A stretch of DNA of 64,000 nt from Leucoraja erinacea. Taxonomy: Eukaryota. The notes under the pieces are model-generated. The model was not told the origin of the DNA. It worked only from the letters and a program-made list of their open reading frames with translations, and did no database searches. Position 1 is the first letter of the stretch; each line of letters opens with the position of its first letter. The stretch is from positions 434,001 to 498,000 of the forward strand of contig NC_073420.1 of NCBI RefSeq assembly GCF_028641065.1, given 5' to 3'. Below are positions 49,701-61,964 of this stretch, one piece after another. Made by a program: the position numbers and the translations under genes.

Positions 49701-51400
49701 CCTTTCCCTCTCCCCCTCTTCCTTTCTTTCTGCTCTCCTCTCCCCCTTTCCCTCCTTTTCTCTTCTCTCTCCCCCCTTTCCCTCCCTTTTCGCTCCCTTC
49801 CTCCCTCTCCTCTCTCCCTCCCTCCTCTTCCTCCCTCTCTTCTCTCTCTCTCTCAGGTCTTTTCCTCTCCCCCTCCTTCCTCTTCTCCCTCTGCCTCTCT
49901 CTTCCCCCTCTTTCCTCTCCTCTCCCCTCACCCCTCCTATTCTCTCCTCTCTCCTCTCTCCCTCGGCCCCCCTCCCTCTCCCCTCCTCTCTCCCCTCTCC
50001 TCCTCCCTCTGCTCTCTCCCTCGCTCCTCCTCCCTCGCTCCCTGCGTTTCCTTTCTCTCCTCCTCCTCTTCTCCCCTCTTCCTCTCCTCTCCTCCCTCCA
50101 CATCCTCCTCTCTCCCTCCGTCTCTCTTGCCTCTTCTCTCCTTATTCCCCCCTTCCCCTCCCTCTCCTCTCGCCCCTCCCTCCCCTCCTCCTCCCTCCCC
50201 CTCCCGGCCCCTCTCCTCTCCTCTGCCTTCCCCATCCCCCCTCTTCATCTATCTCTTTCTCCCTCTCCTGGCTCGCAGCAGGCTCTCCTCTCTCTCCCCT
50301 TCCCTCCCCTCCTCTCATAATCCTCTCAGTTCCGGCCTCTTTCCCTCCTCTCTCTCCTCCTTCTCCCCTCTCTTCTTCGCCTCCCTCTCCCCCTCTCCTC
50401 CTCTCCCTCTCCCTCCTTCTCCTCATTCCTCTCCCCCTCTCCTCCATACTTTCTACATGTCCTGTTCTCTCCCCCTCTCATCTTCATTCTCTCCCCTCAA
50501 TTCTGTCTCTTCCCCCCTCCCTCCTTCCTCCCTTTCCCTCTCCTCTCCCCCTCCTCTCTCTTTATATCTCCTCCCCCTCCTCTCTCTCTCCCTCTCTCTC
50601 CCCCCCTTTCACTCCTCTCTCCTTTTCCTCCCCTCCTTTCCCTTTCTCCCTCTCCTTCCCCCCCCATTCCTCCTCTCTTCCCTCGGCCTCCTCCCTATCC
50701 TCTCTCTCCCCTCACCCTCCCCACCTATCTCCCTCTCTCCCCTCTCTCGCCCTCTTCCTCCTGCCCTCCTGGTCCTCCATCCTCCCCCCTTCCTTCTCTC
50801 CCCCTTTCCCTCCTCTCTCCTCGTCCTCTTCCCCCCCTCTCTCCTCCCTCTCCCTCCCCTTCCCCCTCTTCTCTCCCTCTCCTCCTCTCACCTCTCCTCC
50901 CATATTCTCCCCTGATATCTCCTCCCCCTCCCTCTCTCCCCCTCCCCTCCCCTCTCCTCTCCTCCTCTCCGCTTCTCTCTCTCCCTCTTCTCCCTCTCCC
51001 CTTTCTCTCCTCCTCTCCTCTCCTCCTCCTCCTCCTCTCTCTCTCCTATCTCTCCGAGTCCTTCCTCCTCTCCTCCCCCTCTCCTCTCCCTCTCTTCTCC
51101 TCCCCCCTCCCCCTCTTGTCTCTCCCCTCTCCCTTCCCTCCCCTTTCTCCTTCTCTTTCTCCCCTCCTCTCTCTCCCCTCCTCCATCCTCATTCTCCTCC
51201 CCTCGTCCCCTCTTCCTCCCTTTCCTCTCCCTTTGCCTCTCCCTCCATTTAAAGAAAATCTTCCCCGCTCGCCCCTTCCCCCTTCTCTCTCCTCTCCTCT
51301 CTCCCCCCTCTCTCTCTCTTCTCTATCTAGCGCTCTCTCCCCATAGATGGGTTTTCTTTGGATTATTAGCTCGGGGTTCCTCTCTCTCTTTCTCTCTCCC
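43765..51400. repeat. ~7.6 kb CT-rich (homopyrimidine) low-complexity tract with several N gaps
   Basis: Almost only C and T on the plus strand; source of the giant S/L/P-rich and R/G/E-rich ORFs. Confidence 0.95.
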
Positions 51401-53119
51401 CACACATGTATTCATTGCATTATTAACACTCAGATAACACTAACTCTGGGTTGCTCTCTCCACAGGTGTGTTTCTTCCATTATAATGGCTTTCAGATTCA
51501 CACAAATCGACAATCCTTACCACATTCTAATAAGACACTCTCTCTCAGTGGGCTGAAGGGCCTGTTTCCACATTGTATCTCTAAACTAAACTAAATTATT
51601 TAAAATCCGTGTCCTGCATCCTTGAACTGTCAGCCACACCAGGTTTTCTCTAATGACCCCCTCTGAGCTGATCATTATCTTGTGCATCATCTCCATTAAA
51701 TCTCCTTTCAAATGTTATCTGCCAAGGAGAGCAATCCCAGTTTAATCGTTTAGCTAATGTCCGTCGCCACTGAAAATCATATTAGAGACTCATTTACGCG
51801 GAGTTGGACATGGTTTCCACCTGTTCCAGAAACCTGTTTAATGTTATATCAACCGCTCTGACACCAATAATGTCCTGTGGCTTTTCACAATTTGGGAGAA
51901 CATTCATACAATTTGCAGCATATATCCATGTCATCTGGTTGGGAACATACAAAAGCCATGCTGGACCAGAGTTTTATGGATTGTTAGATAATAACCAATG
52001 TTCATTAGTTTTACATTTAACAGTACAGTGCCCTATCATCAGCAGTACTTTTAAGTGGTGGCGCTGCCATGCAGCTGCGGCTCGCCTGCAGTCCGTCTGT
52101 CTTTTCCTTTTTTGGTGTTTTCTTTTGCCCTGTTGGACGTATGTTTTAGTTTATTTTTAGTTGTGTGTGTGTGGGGGGGTGGGGGTAACTTGTTTTTAGT
52201 CGCTTCCTTCGGGGGGGGGGGGGGGGGGTGCGACCCTTTTCTTTGTTGTATGTTTGTTGTATCTTTGTTTGTTGCTGCCAGAGGGTAGTTGAGGCCAGTT
52301 CATTGGCTATATTTAAGAGGGAGTTAGATGTGGCCCTTGTGGCTAAGGGGATCAGGGGGTATGGAGAGAAGGCAGGTACGGGATACTGAGTTGGATGATC
52401 AGCCATGATCATATTGAATGGCGGTGCAGGTTCGAAGGGCCGAATGGCCTACTCCTGCACCTAATTTCTATGTTTCTATGTATCTCAGTCTGCGCTGAGG
52501 CCTAATCACGGAGCTGGTGGCCCCCAACTGGGACCGACCTCGAGGCTCCAGAGGCAGCGCCAGGACACACCATCGCGAAGCTGGCCGACTTTAGGGCTGA
52601 GGTGGCGCTACCGGAGCCTCGGAGGCTTCAGTGGACGACAACATCGGGAGCTCACAGGTCCCAGGTTGGTGACCGATTCACCGGAGCTCCCGCAACAACA
52701 GCTTTGTCCGCTGGACTGGAGGGTGGCAGCTTCGTCCGCCCTGGGCCGCGGAGTTTGAACCGGCCCGTTCGCGGAGCTCGGATTCGGCCGCGGGACTTAC
52801 CATCACCCGGCGGGGGCCCAACATTGAAAGCCTGGATCGCTTCAATGCAGAGGGAGAACAAGGAAGGAAGAAATAAGGACTTTAAGACTCTTGCCTTCCA
52901 TCACAGTGAGGATGTGACTGGTAGACTCACTGTGGTGAATGTTAAACTGTGTTCATTGTGTGTTCTGTTATTTTATTCTCTGTCATGACTACAATAAAGG
53001 AAACATACTTTATATTGCTGACAATTGTTAATAGAGAGGCCTGCTTTCTAGCAAAAACATTCTTGCCACTGGAATTCTGTCCATTCCTGTTTTACTCTTC
53101 ACATAGACAGGTGGCAGGT

Positions 53120-54677
53120 TTAGACAGATGGAATAGGAATACGTTTGGCAGAGGTGCTGTCATAGTCCTGCATGAAATCTGATGTCTTTGAGATGTGGTA
53201 GTACATTCCAGTGTAGGACTGAGCTGACCCTAAGTTTTGCCTCTTGGGCTGCAGGCGTGTTGGAGTGCTGTTCTCTTGGAGGGCACTGGTATTGTAGATA
53301 CTGTAGTAGGGCTCTGTCCTAGTGTTGATAGGTGTCGAGGAGCTTTGTACTCTTTGTTGAGGCTCGACGGAGGCAAAGACATCCTTTGAATGACTCGGAC
53401 CACAGGCCTGGTCAACGAGCTTTTTCTGCGGTTTGGGAGAGAGGATATACGCCGAGTTGGTGTCGTGGTGAGAAGACTTGTTCCTGTTCGCAACCAGGCT
53501 GCCATCTCCCACTGCTTTCAGCCTCGTTTTCTGCTTGCAGCACAGCAGCAGGGCCACGAGGTGCGCACACCAAGCCACCTTCTTACGCAGGCCAGATTTG
53601 TTTCGTGAATAGATAAACGGGTTGAGGCCTGATCTAAAAAACACCAAGGTTAATCCACACAGCTCAAACTGATAGAGGATAAAACTGTTTTCTGAAGATA
53701 AGACATCATGCACCAGTGCTATACCCAGTGGTAGACAGCAGACCACTGATAGTAGTATCATAATACAAGTCACGACAGCTTTGGAATCCTTTAACAGCGG
53801 AAAGATTCACAGTTTGCTCAAGCTTTTTATTGGAAGTAACAGCGTTTTTACTTTGGATGGGGGCGTGCAGATGTATCTGGACATGGGGTGCTTTGTTGGA
53901 TTTCTGTTTTCTGTATAAAGATGGCCCTGGGCCTTCAGGAGGGAGAAAGGAGTCAAGGTTTTTGGGGTCGACCACGGTAATTACGGGGCACCGGTGTATC
54001 TGTGCATTCTTGTGAAGAGTTTGTGCGATCATTGCATAGGACACGGCCACGATGCCCACACAGAGGGTGAAGTCCACAACGTATGTGTACAGGATGGCCT
54101 TGCCGTCTTCGTTGATCAGCCCCAGCAGTGGCACGCAGATCTTGGAGCTGTGGTACTTGGTCATGGCCGACAAGGTGGCCAAGGTGAAACTAATGACCCA
54201 CAAGATGATGGTAAAAAAGAGTCTGCAGGGGAAGGAGGAGCAGTGGTTCGTCTGTTGTCCCAGCACCATACGCAGGCGGTGGACAGCAATAACCGCCACC
54301 GTTTTCAAGGACATGATCACAAACCCTGTGCTGGTGAGGTGGAAGGTGAAGCAGAAAGTGTCCGACATGCTGCTCCCATCGTTGGAGAACATCACAAAGC
54401 CAAACATGGGGGCGGTCACGAGGCAGATGAAGAGGTCACAGAACGACAGGTTCAGAATCATGAAGTCAAAATGGGTCCGGAATTTTCTGTAAGATGGATT
54501 GAAGAAGGACGAGAAGACAATTAGATTCCCGTAGGAGCCAAGGCAGAATACCAGGATAAGCAAAAGGGTGCAGGTGGCCAGTGTGGCCCTGTGGATGGCT
54601 GTTTGCACTTGCGTTTGATTCTTGCCTGGAGAGCAGTCGGTGAGCACAGGGAAAATACATTCCAGACTTGAGTTCAT
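53120..54677 (-). CDS. GPR75: GPR75-like orphan class A GPCR, single coding exon, +1 frameshift at ~53790 (518 aa if corrected)
   Basis: Two overlapping ORFs with GPR75 hallmarks: [70 protein letters not shown] and terminal [14 protein letters not shown]. Upstream acceptor tttctgttttcag at 54788-54789. Confidence 0.93.
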
Positions 54678-54952
54678 TTTGAAAAGGAGCTTTTATTTTA
54701 TAAAATACGGTTGGGTATCCATTCAGGTAGCGTTTAGTTGTACAAATGGCAATTTCAGAAAGTGTTTGGATGGATTAATTGTGGTTCCTGAAAACAGAAA
54801 TAATATATCATTATGGCAATGCGGGAGAGAAAAAAACCCTTCAGCCCACTGAGTCCATGCTGACCATCAAGCACCCATTCACAGTAATCTCATTCATATT
54901 TTCCTCATATTCTAAACAATCCCCCCTATTCTGCATAGGAAGGATCTACATA

Positions 54953-55046
54953 TCTGAAGAAGGGTTTTGGCCCAAAACGTTGCCTATTTCCTTTGCTCCA
55001 TAGATGCTGTCGCACCCGCTGAGTTTCTCCAGCACTTTTGTCTACC
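54953..55046 (+). mobile_element. Penelope-derived short element with 13-bp TSD, starting at the hammerhead core
   Basis: aaggatctacata at 54940-54952 and 55047-55059; the insert begins tCTGAAGAAGGG...aAAACGTTgcct. Confidence 0.7.
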
Positions 55047-56037
55047 AAGGATCTACATAGGCTGGTTTATACTGAAGATAGACATATAGCGCTGGAGTAA
55101 CTCAGAGGGTCATGCCTTTTCCTACCTCCAGTCGTCGTGTGTCCCCCCCGCCCCCAATTTCAGCCTGAAGACGGGTCCCGACCCAAACAAAACATCACCC
55201 ATTCTTTTTCTCCAGAGATGTTGCCTGACTCGCTGAGTTACTCCAACACTTTGTGTCTATCCCCCGAGATTCGACTAGTGGCATACTGGGAACAATTTAC
55301 AATTGCTATTTAACTTACAACCCCCATTCCTGTAAGATGTGGGAGAAAACCAGAGCACCCATCGCAAATGTTTGCAATCGCAGGAAGGACATGCAAACAT
55401 TACACAGACAGCATCACAGATCAGGCTTGATTAGTTGTGCCACCATTCCACTGCCTTAGTAGGAAAATGGAAACTGGAAGAGATTTGTTTAGTGTCATAG
55501 AAATCATGGCTGATCAGTGACTGAGGAATCTTCTGTTTGTGCACAGGATTTGAGTTGAGGAGCAAAGAGGTCCTAATGCAGTTGTACAGAGCCCTGGTGA
55601 GACGGCACCTGGAGTATTGTGTACAATTTTGCACTCCTAATTTGAGGAAGGACATTCTTGCTATTGAGGGATTGCAGCATATGTTCACCAGGTTAATTCC
55701 CGGGATTGTGGGACTGACATATGATGAAAGAATGGGTCGACTGGACTTGTATTCGCTGGAATTTAGAAGGATGATCTTTAATTAGAACTTTAATTATCTT
55801 AAGGTCGACACAAAATGCTGGAGTAACTCAGCGGTTGAGGCAGCATCTACGGAGAGAAGGAATGGGTGACGTTTCGGGTCGAGACCCTCCTTAAAGCTCT
55901 TTTATCAAGTTGCCTTTCAATCTTCTCACTTCTGTTCATCACTTCTGCTACAAAAGATATATGGTGCACTTGGGAAATACTCTCCAACTGTTAAGAAATT
56001 AATAACAAATCAGTCATTTAGAACTGAAATCCACTTA

Positions 56038-56253
56038 ATGCCCCTGTCCCACTTAGGAAACCTCTGGAGACTTTGCGCCCCACCCAAGGTTTCCGTGCGG
56101 TTCCCGGAGGTTTTCGTCAGTCTCCCTACCTGCTTCCACTACCTGCAACCACTGGCAACCACCTGCAACCTCCGGGAACCGCACGGAAACCTTGGGTGGG
56201 GCGCAAAGTCTCCAGAGGTTTCCATTCAGGTTTCCTAAGTGGGACAGGGGCAT
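56038..56253. mobile_element. Palindromic MITE (possibly PIF/Harbinger-like TIR)
   Basis: Near-perfect fold-back atgcccctgtcccacttaggaaacct ... aggtttcctaagtgggacaggggcat, flanked by TA. Confidence 0.8.
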
Positions 56254-57943
56254 TAGTCTTAAGTCTCTACTTAAGACAGGGCTGCTGTTGCAAGCGGCCT
56301 ACATCATATGTAGGGTCAACATTGTTGCTTTAACCCATCAAAAAGCATAATTTGTCACTAATTAGCTGTTGCACCTTCAACTTGAAGTTGGTTGGGACCA
56401 GCCTTGTAATATTCCCCCTCAATCTGTTTCCTGCACATGGTGCAATCCCACTAGATTAGCTCTCTCACCCTTTCTTTGTGAGAATAATGTGTTATTGTAC
56501 AGTTTAAAATAACATTGATAGGGATTCCAAGAAATGATGGAGAGGAAAGCTTCACGGAGGTGTGTACAGATTGCACAATGCTGACACTGCAGTTGTCATC
56601 CATGGATTTGAAATGTCTTCTTTGTACTGCTGCTGATTGCTACAGAGACACACACAGTTACACATATATAACAGTTACATGCTGTGTCCCAAAAGTGTTA
56701 GTATCATATATATATTTCATTTCAAACATCAAGAATAATTAGTTCAATGTTGTACTGTACTGTATATACGTATAACATTTTCAACACCTTTGGAAGAAAG
56801 GAAAATAAACATTCTGCAGGTCATTTCTAACAGTTTTATGTTCGAAACACATGAAAGAGTAAAGAATAAAATGTACATTCCTGGTACTTTAGATGTCTGA
56901 ATTAAAATAGATTTTACAATGAACTAATGGCATTTAATTCGCAGAATCGTTACTCAAAAACGAATTAAATGCCAATACATACCACTTGGCCTGATTTTGA
57001 TCACAGGCTCACATTTTGATTGTGATCGGTGATGTTCTAAACCTCCATGAGACGACACTTTGGCATTCGGGCTCGGTACTGCAGCATTTGACATTGATGG
57101 TTGAGGGAATCAGAAATTCTCAGGCCCGACAGGTTGCATCAAACTCTGACCAGAAACCCGTCCACCTCGCAAAAAAATGCAAAGCCAGATGTTAACTCGG
57201 AGAGCTAATCAATCAGTCCACTCAATACACAAACATACATTGCGGTCTCAATGTTAAACAAGCTTTTTTTTTCCATCCGATGCTGCAGTCCAGAGCAATC
57301 TCTGGTTTCTAAGGACTGTTACCATGGAAACTACAAGTACGTACGAATTGGAAATGTGTTTTGCTTCCAAGCTGTGGCCGTGAATTTATTGACAGGTTGG
57401 CACAGATTGATGAAGCTTCTCCGACGAATGTGATTGGATGCATGTTTCATTTTTTGTTTTAAAACCCATTATTTTGATGGTAATTTTCAACCAATCTCTG
57501 GGTCCAAATATGTCCTCCTTTTACATCACCCCATATACGTGCATGTACAACGAGTACTTATAAATGCACATCACACTGGTTGGCTGAGGTGTGCAAGCCA
57601 TGTACCATTTATATAAGAGTCATACACCACTCAGAATGGAATATATGGCTGGAGCACATGCAAGTACTGGCAGCTGCAGTTTCTGTGGAACAGGACATAT
57701 ATCTCTGATATCTTCTTCTTAGCGAGTCCACACACAGGATTAGAAGGTACACAAAAATGATGGAGAAACTCAGCGGGTGCAGCATCATCTATGGAGCAAA
57801 GAAAATAGGTAACTTTTCGGCCCGAAACGTTGCCTATTAGGTCCATAGGCCACAGGGGAGGACCCCTTTATTCTGACTAAAGGTTCTGATTGCCCAAATG
57901 CAAGAAGTTGTAGTAGAACAAGGGTTTGGAGAGTGTTATTCTA

Positions 57944-58240
57944 ATGGGCCTGTCCCACTTGGAGATTTTTTAGGCAACTGCCGGCGACTGTCATAGCCGT
58001 ATACCTGTCATACCCACGTCATAACTGTCATACCCACGTCATCTTTGCGACAACCTACGTCAGGAGAAGTCAAGCTACGCTCATTGGCCTCAAACCCACT
58101 GTTGCTGAAAATTTTTCAACATGACCAGAAAGACGCTATGGCTTTTTGCGCGACTGAGGAGACTTCTCCCGTCGAACATGTGGCGACAAACTAGTCGCCT
58201 GCAGTTGCCTAAAAAAATTGTCTAACTGGGACAGACCCAT
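57944..58240. mobile_element. MITE with related TIRs
   Basis: atgggcctgtcccactt ... aactgggacagacccat. Confidence 0.6.
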
Positions 58241-58786
58241 GACAGTGAATAGCAAAACGAACAGCTGACCACCATAGCAAATTGAGAAAATCCTGCGTTT
58301 TATCACCTGTCAACTTTGGGTGAAAAACAATCTGCAATTAAATTAGTACTGTGTGTTCAAAATGACAGTACATGAGAACATTTCTTTGGGGAAAAAAAAT
58401 GTTTAAAAAATCAAATGTTGTGATTAATGTACATGTAATATTCTGTTGCAATTTATTTCACCTGAAATGATAAATTGGTGAACAAAACCGTGCCTTGAAA
58501 TTTCATGTGCAATGTTGTCAGCTCACATAAAATGTATTATAAAGCTCTATAATTAGTTTCTGATGAATATATGTAAATATATTGCAAAGCGAGTTGAACA
58601 TTATATAATACATTTTCACCATTTTGTAAACACCCCTCATTATCATTCTCTCCTGTGTTTCCTTCCTCTCCCTCTGACTGATGGCAGGATTTTGTTCCCA
58701 TTCGGATCCTGTAGAGGCTACAGGCAGAAGCAGTGGCTCAGCTCTCAGACGACAGCGCCCTCGTTTGTATGCATCGGCTTCAGAGG

Positions 58787-58847
58787 ATGAGCTCCACCGC
58801 CACAGGGCTGAAAACCGTGGATTACGAGATCTTCGGAATTGTACAGG
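58787..58847 (+). CDS. Acylphosphatase (ACYP2-like), first coding exon; remaining exons not found in the window
   Basis: MSSTATGLKTVDYEIFGIVQ-G|gttggt versus human ACYP2 MSTAQSLKSVDYEVFGRVQG. A further in-frame ATG lies at 58769. Confidence 0.85.
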
Positions 58848-60474
58848 GTTGGTGTGATGCGGGGGGGGGGGGGGCAAGCATTTTTCCTTTTCTCTGCTTT
58901 TTAATTTCATTTCATCTCCTTTCTCTGGCTGGAGGAAGGGAGTCAGCTGAAAATAGCCCAGCAAAACTCACAAAAAGGCAGAAGCCATCAGAAAAAGGAG
59001 ATGCAAGGGAAATTTATCTGCGTTATAAGCCTATTTTGGCAGGTGTGGCTGACAACTCTTTAAGTCAGAACTTTGCACATCTGTGCAAGGCAGTGAATAT
59101 TTGAATGCCCTTTGCATTTCTAGATTCATCACTTATGCTGTGCTGTAATATTTATTTAAAGGACCGATTTTTGAGCTACAAATACCATAGAGAGTGTTGC
59201 ACTACGGATAATCTGTAGGAAAAATATGGATTGTAACGAATAATTCCAATGTTACCGAATGTTAAAAAGTACCTGTACAGCATTTAACCGTAGCTGACGT
59301 TCCCATAATCCTGTCTGTGTTCAATTGCCTGATGTGAACATGGTACTAAAGATGGCCATGATAGGAACGGACAGGAGGGGAGATAAAATCTGCCTCTCCT
59401 AATGCTATCTAGTTGCTCTGGTGAAAGAAGGAACTGGTTTTCACCGAAGGTAGACACAAAATGCGAGAGTGACTCAGCGGGACAGGCAGCGTCTCTGGAG
59501 AGAAGGAAAGGGTGATGTTTTGGGTCGAAACCCTTCTTCAGACCGGTCTCGACCCGAAACGTTACCCGTTCCTTCTCTCCAGAGATGCTGCCCGTCCCGC
59601 TGAGTTGTTCCAGCATTTTGTGTCTTATCTGCCACCGGATTGAGAAGAACTTTTTTCACACAGAGAGTGGTGAATCTCTGGAACTCTCTGCCACAGAGGG
59701 TAGTTGAGGCCAGTTCATTGGCTATATTTAAGAGGGAGTTAGATGTGGCTAAGGGGATCAGGGGGGTATGGAGAGAAGGCAGGTACGGGATACTGAGTTG
59801 GATGATCAGCCATGATCATATTGAATGGCGGTGCAGGCTCGAAGGGCCGAATGGCCTACTCCTGCACCTAATTTCTATGTTTCTACGTTTCTATGGATTC
59901 ACTGCCAAAATAACATGGGATACAGAATAGAAATTTGTTCGGGTGAGATTTCTGTGCAAAGAAAGTAAATAAATAAACACGCTTATTTTGTGTAAACTGA
60001 CAAAACAGAGACGTGAACAGTCTGCCACATTGCTGAGTCATATGTAGGCCAAGCTGGGTCTACCCTCTCCTGAATACCCATGTTTAACGCGGCACGGTAA
60101 CACAGAGGTAGAGTTGCTGCCTTACAGTGCTTGTGTAAAAAAAACCACACACCCTAGTGTGTGTAGGATAGTGTTAATGTGCGGGGATCGCTGGTCGGCG
60201 CGGCGCGGACTCGGTGGGCCGAAGGTCCTGTTCCTGCGCTGTATCTCTAAACTAAACTAAACTGCACTGTTCACCAGTGAGTAACATGCTGTCTTTTAAT
60301 TTTTTTTTAAATTATCCTGTTTGGTGGGTGTGTGGTCAGAGATGTTAACTATTCCTAAATATTGATTGTGAAGTAATTCTGTGTGTTCTGTTTCGAAACT
60401 TCCCAAAGGAATGCGCTGAAAACTCTCAGACGTCGAGGGTCAGGGTTGGTGCTTTAGAATTTTTTCTCCCTAAT

Positions 60475-60760
60475 GGTGGTGCACTGGTAGAGTTGCTGCT
60501 TCACAGCGCCAGAGACCAGGGTTCGATCCCAACCACGGGTGCTTGTCTGTACGGAGTTTGTACCTTCTCCCTGTGACCTGCGTGGGCTTTCTCCGAGATC
60601 TTCGGTTTCCTCCCACACTCCAGGTTTGTAGGTTAATTGGCTTGGTGAATGTAAAAATTGTCCCTAGTGGGTGTAGGATAGTGTTAACGTGCGGGGATCG
60701 CTGGTCGGCGCGGACCCGGTGGGCCGAAGGGCCTGTTTCCGAACTATATCTCTAAACTAA
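60475..60760 (+). mobile_element. tRNA-derived V-SINE/HE1-like SINE (other copies ~2950-3110, 7207-7630, 17085-17350, 22290-22505, 25590-25805, 37265-37555, 60088-60262)
   Basis: tRNA-like head with B box (gggttcgatcc), central ttctccccgtgacctgcgtggg block, CR1-like tail ending (ctaaa)n. Confidence 0.75.
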
Positions 60761-61206
60761 ACAAGAAAAGAGAATAATACACATTATTTAGGTGTTAGAA
60801 ATGAACTAACGTGATGGATCAGTGGGTGACACAGTAGCAGGAACGATTAGTGCTGCTGCCTCACAGCTTCAGCCACCTGGTTTCCATTCTAAACGTGGGT
60901 GCTGTCAGCGTGGAATCTGCACGCTCTCTCTCTCTGACCACGAGCTTTCCCCACGTGCTTCCGTTTCCTCCTTTGTCCCGAAACGTGCTGGTAAACCGCT
61001 GTAAATTACCGCTTAGGCAAGTATCAAAACAAGGGAGAACATGTGGGAGGAATAATTTACGAGGCTACAGGGAAATAAGAGGGGTAATAATGGGAATGCC
61101 CTGCTGAGAGCCACGAAGGAGCCAGTGAGCCAAATAGCGGCCTGTGTCACAATAAGTAACCACATGAATAAAGATAGAAGTAAATGTCAAACCTGTTTTA
61201 TTTCTA

Positions 61207-61395
61207 GTGTTTAAGAGGGAACTGCAGATGCTGGAGAATCGAAGGTTACACAAAAAAGCTGGAGAAACTCAGCGGGTGCAGCAGCATCTATGGAGCGAAG
61301 GAAATAGGAAACGTTTCGGGCCGAAACGTTGCCTATTTCCTTCGCTCCATAGATGCTGCTGCACCCGCTGAGTTTCTCCAGCTTTTTTGTGTAAC
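61207..61395. mobile_element. Fold-back Penelope-derived short element with 15-bp TSD
   Basis: Inverted halves centred at ~61320, flanked by cctgttttatttcta at 61192-61206 and 61396-61410. Confidence 0.75.
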
Positions 61396-61964
61396 CCTGT
61401 TTTATTTCTATCTTTGTCCAGTTCTGATCTAATGAACGTTAACTCTGCTTTTCTTCCCCCTGGTTTCTGTTTGATCTCTTCAGCAGTCCTGGCATTTTCA
61501 GTTCTTATTTTCAATGCAGAAATGGAAGTGTTGAATTTAAAAGTAGTGCACAGACTATAATTGTGGAATGTGGTGAGGTTAGGTTGGTCGAGGGAACCAT
61601 ATATCATCAACCAACATTTTAAGAACAAAATAAATAGAAACCGGAGTGATTTATAAGGCCTCTTGAGCCTGATCTATCACTCCATGGAGTCATGAGTAAT
61701 CCTCTGCCTCATCCACTTTCCCACTCAATCCCCATATGTCGTGCTTCCCCCTTGATCTCCCACTCAATTCCCATATATCTTGGTTCCCTTAAATCCCTCC
61801 TCAATTCCCAAATATCTTAGTTCCTTTAGAGTTCACAAATCAGTTCTTAGATATGCACACACGCAAATGTTATCCACCATTTTATATACTAGAGAATTCC
61901 AAATATTCCCTCCACGCCCCTAGTTGTAGACCCTCACATTTATCTTGTTAATCCAGCGTTTCTC

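Noticed and set aside
43605-51405. Giant ORFs (2179, 1069 and 667 aa, plus antisense R/G/E-rich ORFs)
   Set aside because: They come from CT low-complexity sequence and N runs, which contain few or no stop codons.
53994-54524. Plus-strand ORFs of 146-176 aa
   Set aside because: Antisense shadows of the GPR75-like coding sequence.
54800-58700. PSME4 exons, expected between GPR75 and ACYP2 from human gene order
   Set aside because: No recognisable PSME4 peptide was seen and the interval is far too short; a TBLASTN would be needed to exclude remnants.
58518-58964. 148-aa minus-strand ORF
   Set aside because: No recognisable homology; antisense to the acylphosphatase exon.
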